The notes: a model not told the origin generated them from the sequence alone. A stretch of 64,000 nt of DNA from Epiperipatus broadwayi (GCA_028023455.1 JAQFVV010000002.1:14198001-14262000); one strand, 5' to 3'; counted from the stretch's first letter, positions 11,836 through 25,640 are shown. Numbers and translations are program-made.

Positions 11836-14119
11836 GGACGTTTATTTTTACACATAAGTTTGTTATGAGCCATTCCATATTTGTAGAACATTTATTTTTT
11901 TGAACATATAAGGCAATTAACGTTTTCATATTATTTCATTAATTTTTTATTGTTAACTTATTACAGAATTAATAATTGATAGGTGAAACATTATTACTAT
12001 TATAGAATTAATAATTGAATTAATTTTCTAATGCTTACCTTTTAACTAAGGTCTTCATTTATTGCTGTTTCTCAAAATAACAGGGGGGGGTCTAGAATTT
12101 GAACTGCATTAAAGGCTTGGGCAGGCACTGGAGGCTCACTTCATGGTAGTGAATAGAGAGAAAAATGGGCTAATCACTCATATTACACTGATTCTTCTTG
12201 GAGCTGCTTGATGGTTCAATTCACTTTTTTAGTAATCTAAAAGATCTTAATAAAAAATTGGTGTCTTGTGATTTTCAAGTATAGAATAATCTAACAATCA
12301 TCTCTCAAAAATAAAACTTTTTTTTAATCTGAATTCTCCAATCTATTTATACTTTTCTCTCTATCAGAATGGATTCACCTGATGTGCCTACTGAATCCAA
12401 TTGGTTTTTGGTATGTTTTCATCCATGTTCATGCCATTAATCCCAGTTCATTGGCTATTCTATTTTGGTGGGATCAGACTTTACTTATCTGGCTAGGTGT
12501 TTTCAAATTTTTAATTAATTTTTTCATGGTGAAGAAACACTTTTAATTATTGTTAAATTACTGCCTTTCTGCCTTACAAATTATTCTGAAATATAGAATG
12601 AGCTGTAAGCAATAAAGAGATTTTTATTTAAATGATTTTTAACTTTGAATTTATTAATTTTAATAAAGATTTATGCTTTTTTTCATTTTAAAAAATTTGA
12701 TTCTCTTTAAAATATTTAGTATAATGGTTTTTTTTATATTTTTGACATATTGCTAGTCTGATTTAAATTTAACCTATATCATTTTAATTTGGGAGGGTGG
12801 GATCTTTTAAATATATACGTGAAACAGTGTATCTGTTTCAATATATGTATTGAATTTTATTTACATTTCATATTTATTCTTTTTAAAATCAAAATTAAGT
12901 TTGTCATGAATTTAGAGCATTATAAATTAGATTTAATCTTGAAAAAGATTTCATATAAATTTTTTTGAATTATTCAAAATACTCCAAATTAAAACAAAGA
13001 TCACTACTTAATATAAATATTATGAAAGAAAATTAAAATGAAATTACCCAGTCACTCATGAACATAATAGCAAGTTTCATTTTTTACAAAAAAAAAAAAA
13101 CAAATTGCAGGATTTTCTCATTTATTTAGTTTCCAGAAAAACATTCAATTTTGTGATTCCTGGGATCATATTATTACATGAATAGTAAAACTGTTTTGGA
13201 CAGCACCAACCCTTACTGAAAAATAAAGCAAATAAACATCAATATGCAAAAGTTGAGATAATCAGGTTGAACATTTGTAATTCAAAAATTATAAATGTTT
13301 TAGCTTTTTTTATTGAATCTTATATTAATAATGACTTTTGTCTCATATATACCAAAACTTCCTGGTATATGTGGTAATACATTCTATATATTTGTTGAAA
13401 AATGAATTTGAGCATTTCCCCCATAGTATCACAGTTATTTGCTACAGCAATTTTTTTCAAACTTTCTAAACTTATTGTATATTACAATGTTATGCATAAT
13501 ATTTTTTTTTAACTAAATGGCATTTATATTTCGGTCTTGTGATTAAAATATATATATATATAATTATGTTAAATATATTAGAAATTATTATTTTAAGAGT
13601 AAATAATTATTTTATATTGCTTAAGTATTACTACTTTATAGATGCAGCATACATTGCTTCTTGCATTCATAATTGAAAAAAGCTCTAATTTTATTTTTAT
13701 GACTAAAATCCTGTTTCTAATTTTCATTATTGCAATATACCGTTGTGAATATAAAAACAATATCCAAAGGATAAAATAATAATGAGAAAATAATAAATTC
13801 TTAGAACAGCTATATAAATATCAAATTTTTTTTATATACATAAGCCTTTTTCAGCACCTGATTTGGTGCCCTTTTCAAATGTTAATAATCTACTACGTCA
13901 ACAAACTATTACAGACAAAACCATCTAGTGTTCAATAATGAAATTAAAACAACCAATAGCAATATAAATCATTAAAATAAATCAAAACTTATCCAATTAT
14001 TACAAAATAATTGACTATATCATAATAAATAAAATAAATTATGTGCATTTTTTTTTACACTTATATATATGTCAATTTATATAATTTTCCATTCATTTTT
14101 AATTACCAAATTTATAAAT

Positions 14120-14640
14120 ATACAATTATTTTTGATATAATGTTTCATATATTTGTCTTTTTTTTGGATCTTTGATGTAATTTAAACATTTAATACTTTT
14201 TGTACTATCTATTCTATGCCCATATTTTAAATAATGGATATATAATCCAGATTTATCATCTCTTCTATTAATTGCATTATTATGTTCTTTGGCTCTTACC
14301 TCTAATTGTTTGCCAGTATGCCCAAAGTAAATCATTTTACAATTTTGCATGTTATTTTATATACAATTCCTTTTTTGTACCGTATATCATCTCTTAACCT
14401 ATAATTTCCTATTAGTAGATCGAGATTTTTACTGTTTGACCACCCAATATTTATATCCTTCTCAATATAATTTTTGTTATATCTCAATGTATTATATATC
14501 TTAGGACAATCTGAAAGTCTAATCCATTTCTTATTTGATTCATCAATACCATTATTTTCTCAGAAATATTATCGCCCACTAAAATATATTTTTAATAATT
14601 TTAGGATTATATCCATAATCTTTATATACTTTAATGAATT
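14120..14640 (-). pseudogene. Penelope GIY-YIG endonuclease fragment (inverted copy)
   Basis: ORF 14126-14350: CKMIYFGHTGKQLEVRAKEH...KKRQIYETLY; reverse complement of the + arm. Confidence 0.88.
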
Positions 14641-14679
14641 GATTCTTTTGTAATTGAGCTACATTTACAAAAGAATCAA

Positions 14680-15215
14680 TTTATTAAATTATATAAAGAT
14701 TATGGATATAATCGTGAAACTATTAAAAATATATTTTTTAATTCTAAAACATCTGTAGTGGGTGATAATATTTCTAAGAAAAATAATGGTATTGATAATG
14801 GTAATAATGAATCAAATAAGAAATGGATTAGACTTTCATATTGTCCTAAAATATATAATACATTGAGATATAACAAAAATTATATTGAGAAGGATATAAT
14901 AAGTATTGGCTGTTCAAACAGTAAAAATCTCGATGTATTAATAGGTAATTATAGGTTAAGAGATGATATACAGTACAAAGAAGGAATTGTATATAAAATT
15001 ACATGCGAAATTTGTAAAATGATTTACTTTGGGCATACTGGCAAACAATTAGACGTAAGAGCCAAAGAACATAATGCAATTAATAGAAGAGATGATAAAT
15101 CTGCATTATATATTCATAACTTAAATCATGGGCATAAAATAAATGCTACAAAAGTATTAAATGTTTAAATTACATCAAAGATCCAAAAAGAAGACAAATA
15201 TACGAAACATATTAA
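14680..15215 (+). pseudogene. Penelope RT-thumb/GIY-YIG endonuclease fragment
   Basis: ORF 14758-15168: GIVYKITCEICKMIYFGHTGKQLDVRAKEH matches the PLE GIY-YIG pattern with CxxC. Confidence 0.9.
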
Positions 15216-15459
15216 AAATAATGGTAGTTATTTTTTAGACCATATAAGTTGCTTGATGGTGTTGTCGCTAGCCAATTCCACATTAATTATACCATTTCTG
15301 AAGCCATTTAAATTAGCCCGTAAAATGGCTTTATGAGGACCTTTAAGTTTGCCTGTAAAACTGCTTTGCGATTGCCTTTAAGTGGCCTGTAAAACGGCTG
15401 TTTAATGCGGTTTGCGAATTTATCACAATCTTCATTTGGCTAGCATAATACATCTTTAG

Positions 15460-17304
15460 ATGTTTTGTTTCACTATTTCTGCGAATAGTTGCATTATTAC
15501 ATTTTTGACGATATTTACGAGGATGTGTTTTTTAAATGCCAGTGTTAATTTAAAACATGGATTTTAAATTGATTGTCTTACACATGAAGTGATGGATAAT
15601 TAGTTTGTAATAATTGTAATGAGCTTATCTTTTGTGAAGAGAGTAATGTTGAATTTTTTTTGGAAAGCGCAATTTATATTATATCTCGTGACTATTCATG
15701 CTCTTTTCGAGAATACAGTATTATTAGACAAAATGGTGCATTCTGACCATAACAGTGTTAAGTTAAGCCAATTGCCAACGACAAGAGGAAGCTGTGTTAT
15801 TTTTTCAGAAGAAAATTGTAGCCGATGCTAAGAAATGTGTTTGGGGACGAGTCATGTCATTAACCCTTAAACCGCTAATTTTATTATTGGTTGTATCAGA
15901 TAAAAATCAAATCTTTTAATTGGGTGACTCACAAACTGAAGACAAAGCCTATTGTTAAAACATATTCGCCTATAATATTAAATTCAACTCAGATACGTTT
16001 ATAAAAAGTTTTTTACTAATTTTTCAGGTTATGAAGAGAACGAAAGTTCTTTCAAAAATAAATTGCTATTTATTTATTCTAAAATATTCACTTTCGGCAA
16101 CGTAAAAGCTATAATATAAACAAAAAGATCGACTTTTACGTTATAGAAAAGTAAATATTTCTTTTTACTAAATCTTCAACATTTTTACAAAAATCTTCGA
16201 TATTTTTCGAAAATAATTTTGTTTTTTTAGTATATTTTTTAAAAAACTAGTTTAATTTCTTAAATTATATATTTTTAAATACTTAATTTGCATTCGAAAT
16301 GAAAATCTCAGTGTTTTTCTTTATTTTCTTTGATCAGGCAGTTTCTTTGTTCTTTCCAGCCAATCAGAATGTCTTTTTCGGCTGAGAGCTTGCTAAGAAC
16401 CAATCACAAATAATGTTCTTTCTTTGTTTAGGTTTAAATGCGTTTTTTTTCTATTTTTTACTTGTAAAATAAATCGGAAGATGGCACCATCGTACAGAAC
16501 TTTTAAAAACGCATTCAATACGTCTTTAACGAAAATTTTCGTATGAAAACGGGCTGAGTTAGAGTGATTTCAGATGTCGACGAGGAGCCTCGTCGGACGC
16601 GGGAAAAGGGTTAAGAAAAGTGCAAACTTACACCTTCGAATGTAAATCGACATTCGGCCATCGAAGGTGTTCAATTCGCAACCAGATGTAGTTTGACGGC
16701 TCTCAAATCGCTCTTGAAAGCTTTGAGACTTGTTTATTTCTGAAGCCACGATGAACTAACTGAAAAGAGCCAGTGAATTACAACTATATCCACTGTCATC
16801 AAGTGGATGTGCGGGCTGCATGAGCTATGTAGAGAAGGCCTTTCCTGTCATCCCTGCCGTCAAATTGGAAGGCCAGGTTGTATTGTCGAGATCTATGAAA
16901 CTTTATTCAGTGCAAGAACCATCAGGGTCGAATGCTGGAAGGTTTTGTGGTTGCAATTCCATCACGTTCTGCGGAAAATCTATTGAAGGCCATAACAGAA
17001 AACATCAAACCCAGCTCCAGCATCTTCTCTGATTGTTGGAAAGGTTACTGGATGAGTGATCTTGAGGCTGCTGGTTTCAAACATCTTAGAGTTAATCATA
17101 AATACAAATTTCATAGACTCCACAACAGGCATTCATACCCAAAATATCAAGCATCTGTGGGGATTGCTCAAGTGGAAAAATAGAAGACAGCGCAGCGTGC
17201 CCCATAATCTAGTGTACGACTACTTGTCAGAGTTTATATGGAGGCATCTGCACAAGGGAAAATATTTGATTTTATGTATTTTAAAAGAAATGGCTCTTAA
17301 TTAA
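15460..17304 (+). pseudogene. Merlin DDE transposase pseudogene
   Basis: IGRPGCIVEIYETLFS, IFSDCWKGY, HLRVNH, NFIDSTTGIHTQNIKHLWG, YLSEFIWR are IS1595-family motifs; frameshifted and split by a piggyBac MITE. Confidence 0.88.
15864..16610. mobile_element. piggyBac-type MITE
   Basis: TTAA|CCCTT ... AAGGG|TTAA; internal similarity to 24041-24764. Confidence 0.85.
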
Positions 17305-18990
17305 TAAGTTAAAGAGTTGTTGTATTGTTTGTAAATAATTTTTTGACTATTGAATTTATACAAATGTTAATATGAAGTTGAGTAATTTGAATGTTTGTAA
17401 ATATTAAAATAAATATTTATTTAAAGAATAAAATTTAAATTGTTTTTAAAATCTTCATTTCTCTTATTTTATTCATTTAAATACATTCAATACATGTATT
17501 TAGAAAATAATTATGATCTTTTTTTTATAAAAAAAAAAAGTAAGAAATTAAATTACGCCAAAAGAAATAATAAAAAAATTAAATACTCCCATCTGATTTT
17601 AAAAAAAAATAAATTACACATAAAGAAATCCTAAAAACAAGTCAATAAAAATAAATTATGTAAAAGCAAGTAGCAAATTACACCCTTTTTTTTAAAAAAA
17701 GAAACCTTTTTAAAAAACCAGAAATTTAAATACACCAAAAGAAGTCAATAATCCCATCTGATTTTTTTAAAAAAAGTAAATTATGCAAAAAGAATTTCCA
17801 AAAAAAAAAAGTCAATCCCCAAAAAAAAAAAACAAGTAAAATAAAAGTAAATAATGATACATTGATCAAATATTTATTTGTAAATATTGACATATTAATC
17901 AAATATTGATTTGTATATTTTAATTCAATAATGTTGTAATGGCGTGGAAATGTAATATTTATATGTATTAAAGAGAAAAGCGCCATCAAGTACCAAAATA
18001 ATTTAAATAATTGTGTGAATATTTACAACACTTCTATAAATTTGATTAATTAAAAATGAATGGAAAATTATATAAATTGTCATATATATAATTTTTAAAA
18101 AAATGCATGTAATTTATTTTATTATATTGTTATGATATAGTCAATTACTGGATTTATATGTAGGTTTTGATTTATTTTAAGGATATATATTGGTATTGGT
18201 TGTTTTAATTTCATTATTGAGCACTAGATGGTTTTATGTCTATAATAGTTTGTTAATGTAATAGATTATTAACATTTGAAAAGGGCACCAAATCAGGTGC
18301 TGAAAAAGGCTTTTTATGTATATAAAAAAAATTTGCTATTTATATAGCTGTTATAAGAATTTATTATTTTCTGATTATTTTATGGAAGAACGGCATAAAC
18401 ATATTTATTCTTTTCCAAAGGATAAAGTATTTTATTTAAATTTTATATATTATGAATAATATATTGGCCTATTTCTGTTATCTCTGTGAATTGTTAAATG
18501 TTTTTAGAAATTCTTAACTTTATATTTTTTTAAACACGTTTCTCTGTTAAATAATAAGATATGACTTAGCATGGTACACTACATTTTGAATTGTCTTTTT
18601 CAGGTATTGCTGGCCTGACCATTGATAAGTAGGCAAAACATAACCAGTGACCTTTAAATTTATGAAATACTGAAGTCAAAGTAATACTCTAACATACAGG
18701 TTATACTTTCATTGATAGCAGTCAGTAGACATTTTGATATACTTCTCCATGAGAATTTTGATTTATTTATTTTTTCTTTCTAATGACAATGTTAATTTTG
18801 ATAATGGTAAAGAGAATAATACCAAACAAAAAGTTGTGTACCATACCTGTGTTTTTATTATCAGTTGAATCTACTTAGAAAAATATATTAAAAAATTTTG
18901 AATTTTTTAAAGCATTTAACAATCAAACTAGATGATGGAAATAGTCCAACCATATAAGTGAAATGACAATTATCATAACCGGCAGACGAT

Positions 18991-19248
18991 CATTAAGATT
19001 TTCTTATGGTTTAGTTTAAGATAATAAAAAAGAGAGAGAGAATGATTTATTTCAAAAACTTTAATGTTAAAAAGTTAAATTTGAATACCTGAAACATCAT
19101 CACTTTTTTAATTGATTAATCACTTCATTAAAATTTTCTTATGATTTAGTTTAAGATAAAAAAAAGAGAGGAGGATTTATTTCAAAAACTTTAATGTTAA
19201 AAAGTTAAATTTGAATATCTGAAACATTACTTTTTTAATTGATTAATT
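18991..19248. repeat. Tandem duplication, ~135-bp unit x2
   Basis: CATTAA(G/A)ATTTTCTTATG...TTAATTGATTAAT at 18991 and 19126. Confidence 0.85.
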
Positions 19249-19741
19249 AGGCTTATTAAAATATCTTTTGTGACTTGTTGATAGGATAGGGGTGTGATTT
19301 TATTTTTTGCTAAAAATAAAAATATTTTATGGTAAATAATTTTGTTTTATATAAATTATTTTAATGTGATTTTTATTTAAATTACAACTCTTTTTTGTTT
19401 AAAAATTGTGTATTGTATAGTACATATTGCAATTGTTATTTATATGTAACTTGTAAATAAGAGAACTGTAGAATGAAATACAAGTCTAAATGCTTTGTAG
19501 CTTCTATCCTAACTTTTGCTAGTTTGAGGAATAGCTGAAAATTTAGTACTAGTTGTATAATAAGCTAATTGGGATCAATATAATTTCATGTTGGATGAAG
19601 ACATATTTAGAATAACTTCTATATTAGTATATTTTTGATATTTATTTAACATAAACAAATGAACATAAAATAATTTTTTTAAAAATAACTTTAATTAATT
19701 TTGGATTTAATGCTATAAATAATGTTAATTATTACTAAATA

Positions 19742-19830
19742 GTCAAGTGTTGGTGGCCTAGTGCTTAGCATAGCTGCCTTCCAAGCAGGTGGCCCGGGTT
19801 CACTTCCATGCTTTGACATATGAAAAAAAG
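19742..19830 (+). pseudogene. tRNA-Gly(TCC)-derived retroposon, copy 1
   Basis: GTGTTGGTGG...AGCATAGCTGCCTTCCAAGCAG...CCCGGGTTC matches eukaryotic tRNA-Gly(TCC); 3' acceptor strand missing; A-rich tail; 13-bp TSD TTATTACTAAATA (19729-19741, 19831-19843). Confidence 0.85.
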
Positions 19831-20323
19831 TTATTACTAAATACATATATAAAGAATTTCTAAAATAGTTGTTTTATTTAATATAGTGCATTTGAACTAA
19901 TAAATTATCATTAATACTTTCATTTTATGATTAATATTATGTTTTAATCTACCAGTGAAATGATTAAAGATAATAAATATTTCTCTCAGCATAGTTTGTT
20001 ATCCATTAATTGCCATCCAGAAATATAAGGAATTAACATTACATAATGGTAACTTTTAAGAAAAAACTATATATTAAACAGTATATCACTAAAATATTTT
20101 AATGTGAATATAATTCATCAAAAATTGAAATAAAGAAAATTCATTAGGTTTTTTTTTTCATGTAAATTAATAATAAAGTAATATAAAATAGAAATATATA
20201 ACTGATAACAAAAATTATCCATAATTATACAAAAAAGTCTTTTTGATCCATAATTTTATGTTCTCTTCAATGTTAAACATCAACTGTTACTATCAATATA
20301 TTTTGTATACATAGCAGCATATA

Positions 20324-21838
20324 CAACCGGGTCTCGTTTTATGCGGATTTATTTAATGCGATTTTGAAGTTATGCAATTCGTGTTCCTTCTTAATATCTT
20401 TGTATGCGGTTTTTTTTTTATGCGATAAAAATTATTAGGTCAGAAGTCGAGCTCCAATAATGCACTATTACTTTAAATATTATAAATTCCACGCACTCAC
20501 ATGTCATATTTAAAGTAATAGCGCATTATCGGAGTTTGTTTTCCATCTAATAATTTCAATATTATCAGCGCTTTATAATAGTACTGTAGTAGATTTTATG
20601 CAATAAAGAAGTTCAGAATTCACTTAAAATCAGGATTTCCCCATTTTATATACACACATTACATTTTACAAGATTATATTGTAAATCTGTTCAAACGTTA
20701 TAGATGCCTATACTATGCATATTGTTGTTTTTGCATTTTAAATCACATTCTATTTTTGCTTTTTAAAAAAAGAGTATGTAATTAATTAATCATTTAGTGT
20801 CTGCAAGTAATAAATTTTACAAGATTATAATGTAAATCTGTTCAAATGTTATAAATGCCTATGCTATGCATATTGTTTTTGCATTTTAAATCGCATTCTA
20901 TTTTTGCTATTTAAAAAAGTACGTAATCAATTTATCATTTAGTATCTGCATGTTTATTTTTAAAACATGAGTAACAGGGTTGGGCACAATTAAATTTGAC
21001 AATTAAAAATTAAAATCTGATTTTTAATTGTAATTAACAATTTAAAAATTATGTAATGTGATCATGAAACAATAAAATTTGATTTTTAAACGAAATTGCA
21101 AAAATTAAAGACAAAAATAATTTAATTTTTGTTAGTTTTAATTAAATTTTGCCCAACAGCGGTGAGATGTCTTTTTATTATCATAAGTCTAAGTTCTTAT
21201 TTTTATCTTAAACTTTTAGCTTACCCTAATGGAGAGGGAAAAACACTCAAGGAAGTCAATTTCTATTTTAGATCGCTTAGCGAAATGGGAAGGATCAACA
21301 GCGATTGGAAAACATTTTAGTTTGGGCGAATCCACTATAAGGGCAATTTATTGGGATTTAGATATAAAGGCCATAGAGTTGACAAAGATTATGTTGTGGA
21401 AGTGGGATGGAGCAGAATATGGGAAAACTTAGACTGGGGAATGTAAAATAAAGTAGCTAACAGGTTTCTCTGGACATAATTGCTGAGAGATTCTTAAGGA
21501 GAAGCTACAGTACATCACATAATCACATGACAAATCTGATGTCTCAAATAGCCAAAATGATTACAATACCGTACATGTATGAAAAAAAAATGTAAATTAT
21601 GCATAAAAATATGTTTTGAATAAAATTAAATACTGTAGTTAATAAAAAAAAGTCTGTGTTCTATCAATTTTTTTCAAATCTGAAATTTTTTATTAGTCAT
21701 ATTTTATTTCTTTTTTTATGCGAATTTTAAAGTAATTTTATGTTGTTGCTTTGCTTTTACGCGATTTTTGGAAAATTACAGTACCTATCCCCTATTTTTC
21801 AAGGTAAGTTAAGTCTATTTTTGTGCGAGACCCAGGTG
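20324..21838 (+). mobile_element. Tigger/pogo-derived non-autonomous element, copy 1
   Basis: TA|CAACCGGGTCTCG ... CGAGACCCAGGTG|TA; CENP-B-like HTH remnant (ORF 21229-21432, LDRLAKWEGSTAIGKHFSLGESTIRAI); internal ~150-bp tandem duplication. Confidence 0.85.
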
Positions 21839-22109
21839 TATTGTTTTATATCAGAAATAAAATAAAAATAAAATGATAAAATTATGATATAGCAATCCAA
21901 ATTGTTAGAAATTCAGTAAAAATTGAAATTAATTATGTAACATTTGTAAAACATAAGTAAAAACAAACTTTTTATGAGATGCGGACTAATTTGTTTATTC
22001 ACAGAGGGCATACCTGAAAATTTTTTAACGTTTGAAGTGATTTGATATTTTATACAACTTTATATGTATTAAATAATTTTTCATTTATTTTTAATTAACC
22101 AGTTATTAA

Positions 22110-22386
22110 TTCATTTAATTTTTATATATATACAATTATTTTTGTTAAGCTTTATATAATATTTTATATACTTGTTGTCTTTTTGGATTTTTAATATAAA
22201 TAAAAGATGATATAAAAAAGGAATCGTATATAAAATTAATAGTAACAATTGTAATATGATTTATTATGGATATAGATGGAAATAGTTAGATGAAAGGGCC
22301 AAAAACAACAGTGCAATTAATAGAAGAGATTACTAATTGCTTTAAACATTCATTATTTAATATATGGACATGGCTTTTTTTATGTA
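22110..22386. mobile_element. Small decayed Penelope GIY-YIG palindromic fragment
   Basis: + strand reads VYKINSNNCNMIYYG...ERAKNNSAINRRD, similar to 14990-15100; the left part is an inverted copy of the element 3' region; cut by Tigger copy 2. Confidence 0.65.
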
Positions 22387-23335
22387 CACCTGGATCTCGT
22401 TTTACGCGATAGATAGGTTCCTCAGAAAACGCGCAAACGAAATCTCGCAAAAATAGATGTAACTTACCTTGAAAAAGGGGGGATACGGACTGTGATTTTT
22501 CAAAAATCGCATAAAAGCAAAGCACCAATGTAAAATTACTTTAAAATTCGCGCAAAAAAAAAATAAGGAAATAAAATATGACTAATAAAAAATTTCAAAT
22601 TTGAAAAAAATTGATACAAGACTAACTTTTTTTAACTATAATATTTAATTTTATTCAAAACAATATATTTTTATGCATAATTTACAGTAATTTACATTTT
22701 TTTATACACATTTTAATTATTATCGCTATTTGCGATAAACAGGTTCGTTTGCAAACTGGTAAAAAATCGGATTCTTCACAAGAGGAAATACAACTAGCAG
22801 CAACTTCACTCTCATGTTGTGTTAATGGTTTTCTGGTGTCAACGTAATTAATCTAACTATTAAAAATTAAATTCTTATTTTTGTCTTTAATTTTCAATTT
22901 TAATTGTGCCCACTGCTATTACTCACCTTTTAAAAATAAACTTGTGGACACTAAATGATTAATAATTGATTACGTTCTTTTTTAAAAAGCAAAAACAGAA
23001 TATGATTTAAAATGCAAAATTAACATGCACAATGTTTGAACAAATTTACATTATAATCTTGTAAAATTTAATGTGTGTATACATAAAATGTGGAAATTAT
23101 AATTTTAATTTCATTATTGCATAAAATCTTACTATTATAAAGCACTGAAAATATTGAAATTACTAAGATGAAAGTCAAATTCCAATAATGTGCTATTACT
23201 TTCAATATGACGTAAGTGCGCGAAATTTATTATTTAAAGTAATAACGCATTATCGGGGTTCGACTTCCGGAGAAACGTGAATCGCGTAACTTCAAAATCG
23301 CGTTAAATAAATCCACGTAAAAAGGGACCCAGGTG
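22387..23335 (-). mobile_element. Tigger/pogo-derived element, copy 2 (inverted, internally deleted)
   Basis: TA|CACCTGGATCTCG ... GGGACCCAGGTG|TA; reverse complement of copies 1 and 3. Confidence 0.85.
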
Positions 23336-23384
23336 TAATTATATATATAATATAAATAAAATGTCTTAATTAAAACTATTGTAA

Positions 23385-25640
23385 TAAAAATGAATATAAC
23401 TAATTAGCTATTATATACAGTCTTTCAATCCACAGAAGTACTTTAGGTTAATTCCTTAATCCTTTTCAACTGCCATTAAATTAAAACAAAAACATACAAT
23501 GGAAACAAATGTCATCAACTCAAATCCTACTAATCCCAAATTTTAATGTTAGCAGCTTGTCTGTTAATTATATTCGTTTTATTTCTATTTATTAATATTG
23601 CTTCCTAAATTTTTTTATTATTATGATTTCTCCCTTCATGAAGAATCTTAACGCTTTCAATATCAAACTTAAATTTATATTTACATGTCTTTTCATTAAT
23701 CGAGAAAACTGAAGCAGTCATTAAATCATTATTTTTACTTTTCACATGCTTTTCATCTTTTCTCAATAGGACACCTATTCACCTATATATGATAACATAT
23801 ATCCACAAAAAGTTTGATAAACAACATTACTTTTCTGCTTGACAGGTATTACATTTTTAGAATTATTCACTAACTTATCCATGTTATTTGTAACACAAAA
23901 TGAAACATTACACACATCCTTATATATATATATCCTTAAAAAATTTTACTTGAGCATTTGAAATATATTCATTTTTTATTATCAATCTTCAACTCCTTTA
24001 AATCACTATAAATTTGTAAACTGACATTATGTATTGTTAACCTTTTGAGCGCTGATTGCTTAATTGGCCGAATGAGGTAAAAGTCTAAACTTTTAATTGG
24101 TCAACTCACAAACTCAATGTCAAAATATATTCATCTTTTAATATTCACTTTAGTTTCGTTTGTGAAAAGTATATTAATAATTTGTCAGATTATGAAAGTG
24201 AACGAAAGTTTTTTCAAAAATAAATTTTTATTTATAATTATAAAAATATTTGATAGTGGTAAATCTAAAAACGAATGCTAGTAACCAACTAAAAAGTGTT
24301 GTGACGTCAGTGATTTTTTCTTTCTCAGTTTTACGTTCCTGAAACAAATAATTTTTACTAAAATCTTATATTTTTTTATAATAATTTTATTTTTAGCACA
24401 TTTTATCAAAATAATTTATAATATGTCAAAAAATAATTTTAAATGGTCTAAAACATTCGTTTATCACTTTCGAAATGAAAGAAAAGAAATCGTAACGGTT
24501 CAAGTTATTGACAAGTGAATTCTTTTCTCCTCAATAGTGGAGAGCCAATCAACGCTTAGAATGGACTGCCTCCTCCCTTTGTTAGACCTTTACGTCAGTT
24601 TTATTGGTTTTTTACTTGTAAAATAATTCAAGAGAGGGCTGCATCTTACGGAACTATTTATAACCTTTCAAATGACGGTAAAATTTTTACCGTAGCGTTA
24701 AAAATGACGGAATTTCAATGACTAGAAGCGGCTTCGAGTCATCTCATAAACCTCCTTTAAAGGGTTAATCTGTTCAAGGTCAAACAATTCCTTAGCAAAT
24801 ATCTCAATATTATTTATCACACTGGAATCGACAATTTTTTATTATGAAACAAAATAAGATCTAAAACTTGCCATCTTATGCATAATTGGTGCTTTTGATT
24901 TACAATTCATGTATCCCCTTTTTGTAAAGGTTTGATTATTAATTTATAACTTATACTATTATCTCTTATATTAATTAAATCCAAATACTTAATACTTTTG
25001 TCCTGTTCCTTTTCAATAGTCCATTCCAAGCCATTCAAATTATTTAATCTACTCTACAAGCATATTTATAGTATTGGTATTTACCCACAAAAACATCCAC
25101 ATACCTTATGTAAATTTTAATACCTTTAAAATACACATCTAAAATACTACTCTCATATGTAGACAAAACAAAATTGCAAACTTGTGCAACAAGAGGAAGA
25201 ATCATGCCAACTTTTAGACATTTTATAATATTCACCTTCAAAAGAAGCAACAATGTTATCAAAAAACTTTAAAAAATCAAGGTGCAGTATTGAAAAATGA
25301 TTAAAGGAGCATGAATTGTTATACAAGCATGTAAAAAGGACATAAATTTAAGTTTGATATTTAAAGTGTTAAGATTCTTCATAAAGAGAAAACATAATAA
25401 AAGAAAAATTAAGATGTCAATATTAATAATAGAAATAAAATGAGTATAATTAATTAACAAACTGCTAGCTGTGAAAATTCAGGATTCATGGGATTTGAGT
25501 TGATGACATTTGTTTTTCGTTATATATATATATATATTTTAATTTAATGGCAGTTGCTGGAAAGTTAAGCAATTAAGTGAAAGTGTGTCTGCAGATTGAA
25601 AGACTGTATATATTAGCTAATTACCATTATATTTATTATT
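23385..25640. mobile_element. Penelope-like foldback carrying an RT fragment on the minus strand
   Basis: ~23400-23720 is the reverse complement of ~25280-25620. Minus-strand ORF 25044-25262 has LPLVAQVCNFVLSTYESSILD...IYIRYVD (RT motif region). Hammerhead-like remnants at ~25550-25594 and ~23430-23475. Confidence 0.75.
24041..24764. mobile_element. piggyBac-type MITE inserted in the Penelope RT
   Basis: TTAA|CCTTTT ... AAAGGG|TTAA; shares TCAG.TTATGAA..GAACGAAAGTT.TTTCAAAAATAAATT and TTTTTACTTGTAAAATAA with 15864-16610. Confidence 0.8.

Larger units (their letters stand above)
15248..17994 (+). mobile_element. Merlin (IS1595/ISXO2-like) DNA transposon, decayed
   Basis: Imperfect TIRs GTTGCTTGATGGTG / CGCCATCAAGTACC; subterminal repeats (TTTAAG..GCCTGTAAAA..GCT x3); internal transposase remnants; TSD only degenerate. 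Confidence 0.8.
13776..18413. mobile_element. Penelope-like retroelement: head-to-head 5'-truncated palindrome with 13-bp TSD, interrupted by a Merlin element
   Basis: Palindrome centre ~14654-14664. GIY-YIG coding on both arms. TSD TCCAAAGGATAAA at 13763-13775 and 18414-18426. Right arm has a ~35-nt unpaired tail and a degenerate hammerhead-like motif at ~18272-18320. Confidence 0.88.

Noticed and set aside
12368-12410. 43-nt micro-exon with good AG/GTATGT signals
   Set aside because: The frame that would join exon 47013 contains TGA; the other frame has no MASK similarity.
16614-17304. Bacterial IS1595 contamination or direct bacterial transfer
   Set aside because: Merlin is an established eukaryotic family, and the element is nested among eukaryotic TEs and heavily decayed.
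11341-19248. Shared ~133-135 bp period of two tandem repeats as a common mechanism
   Set aside because: The sequences are unrelated and two cases are compatible with chance.
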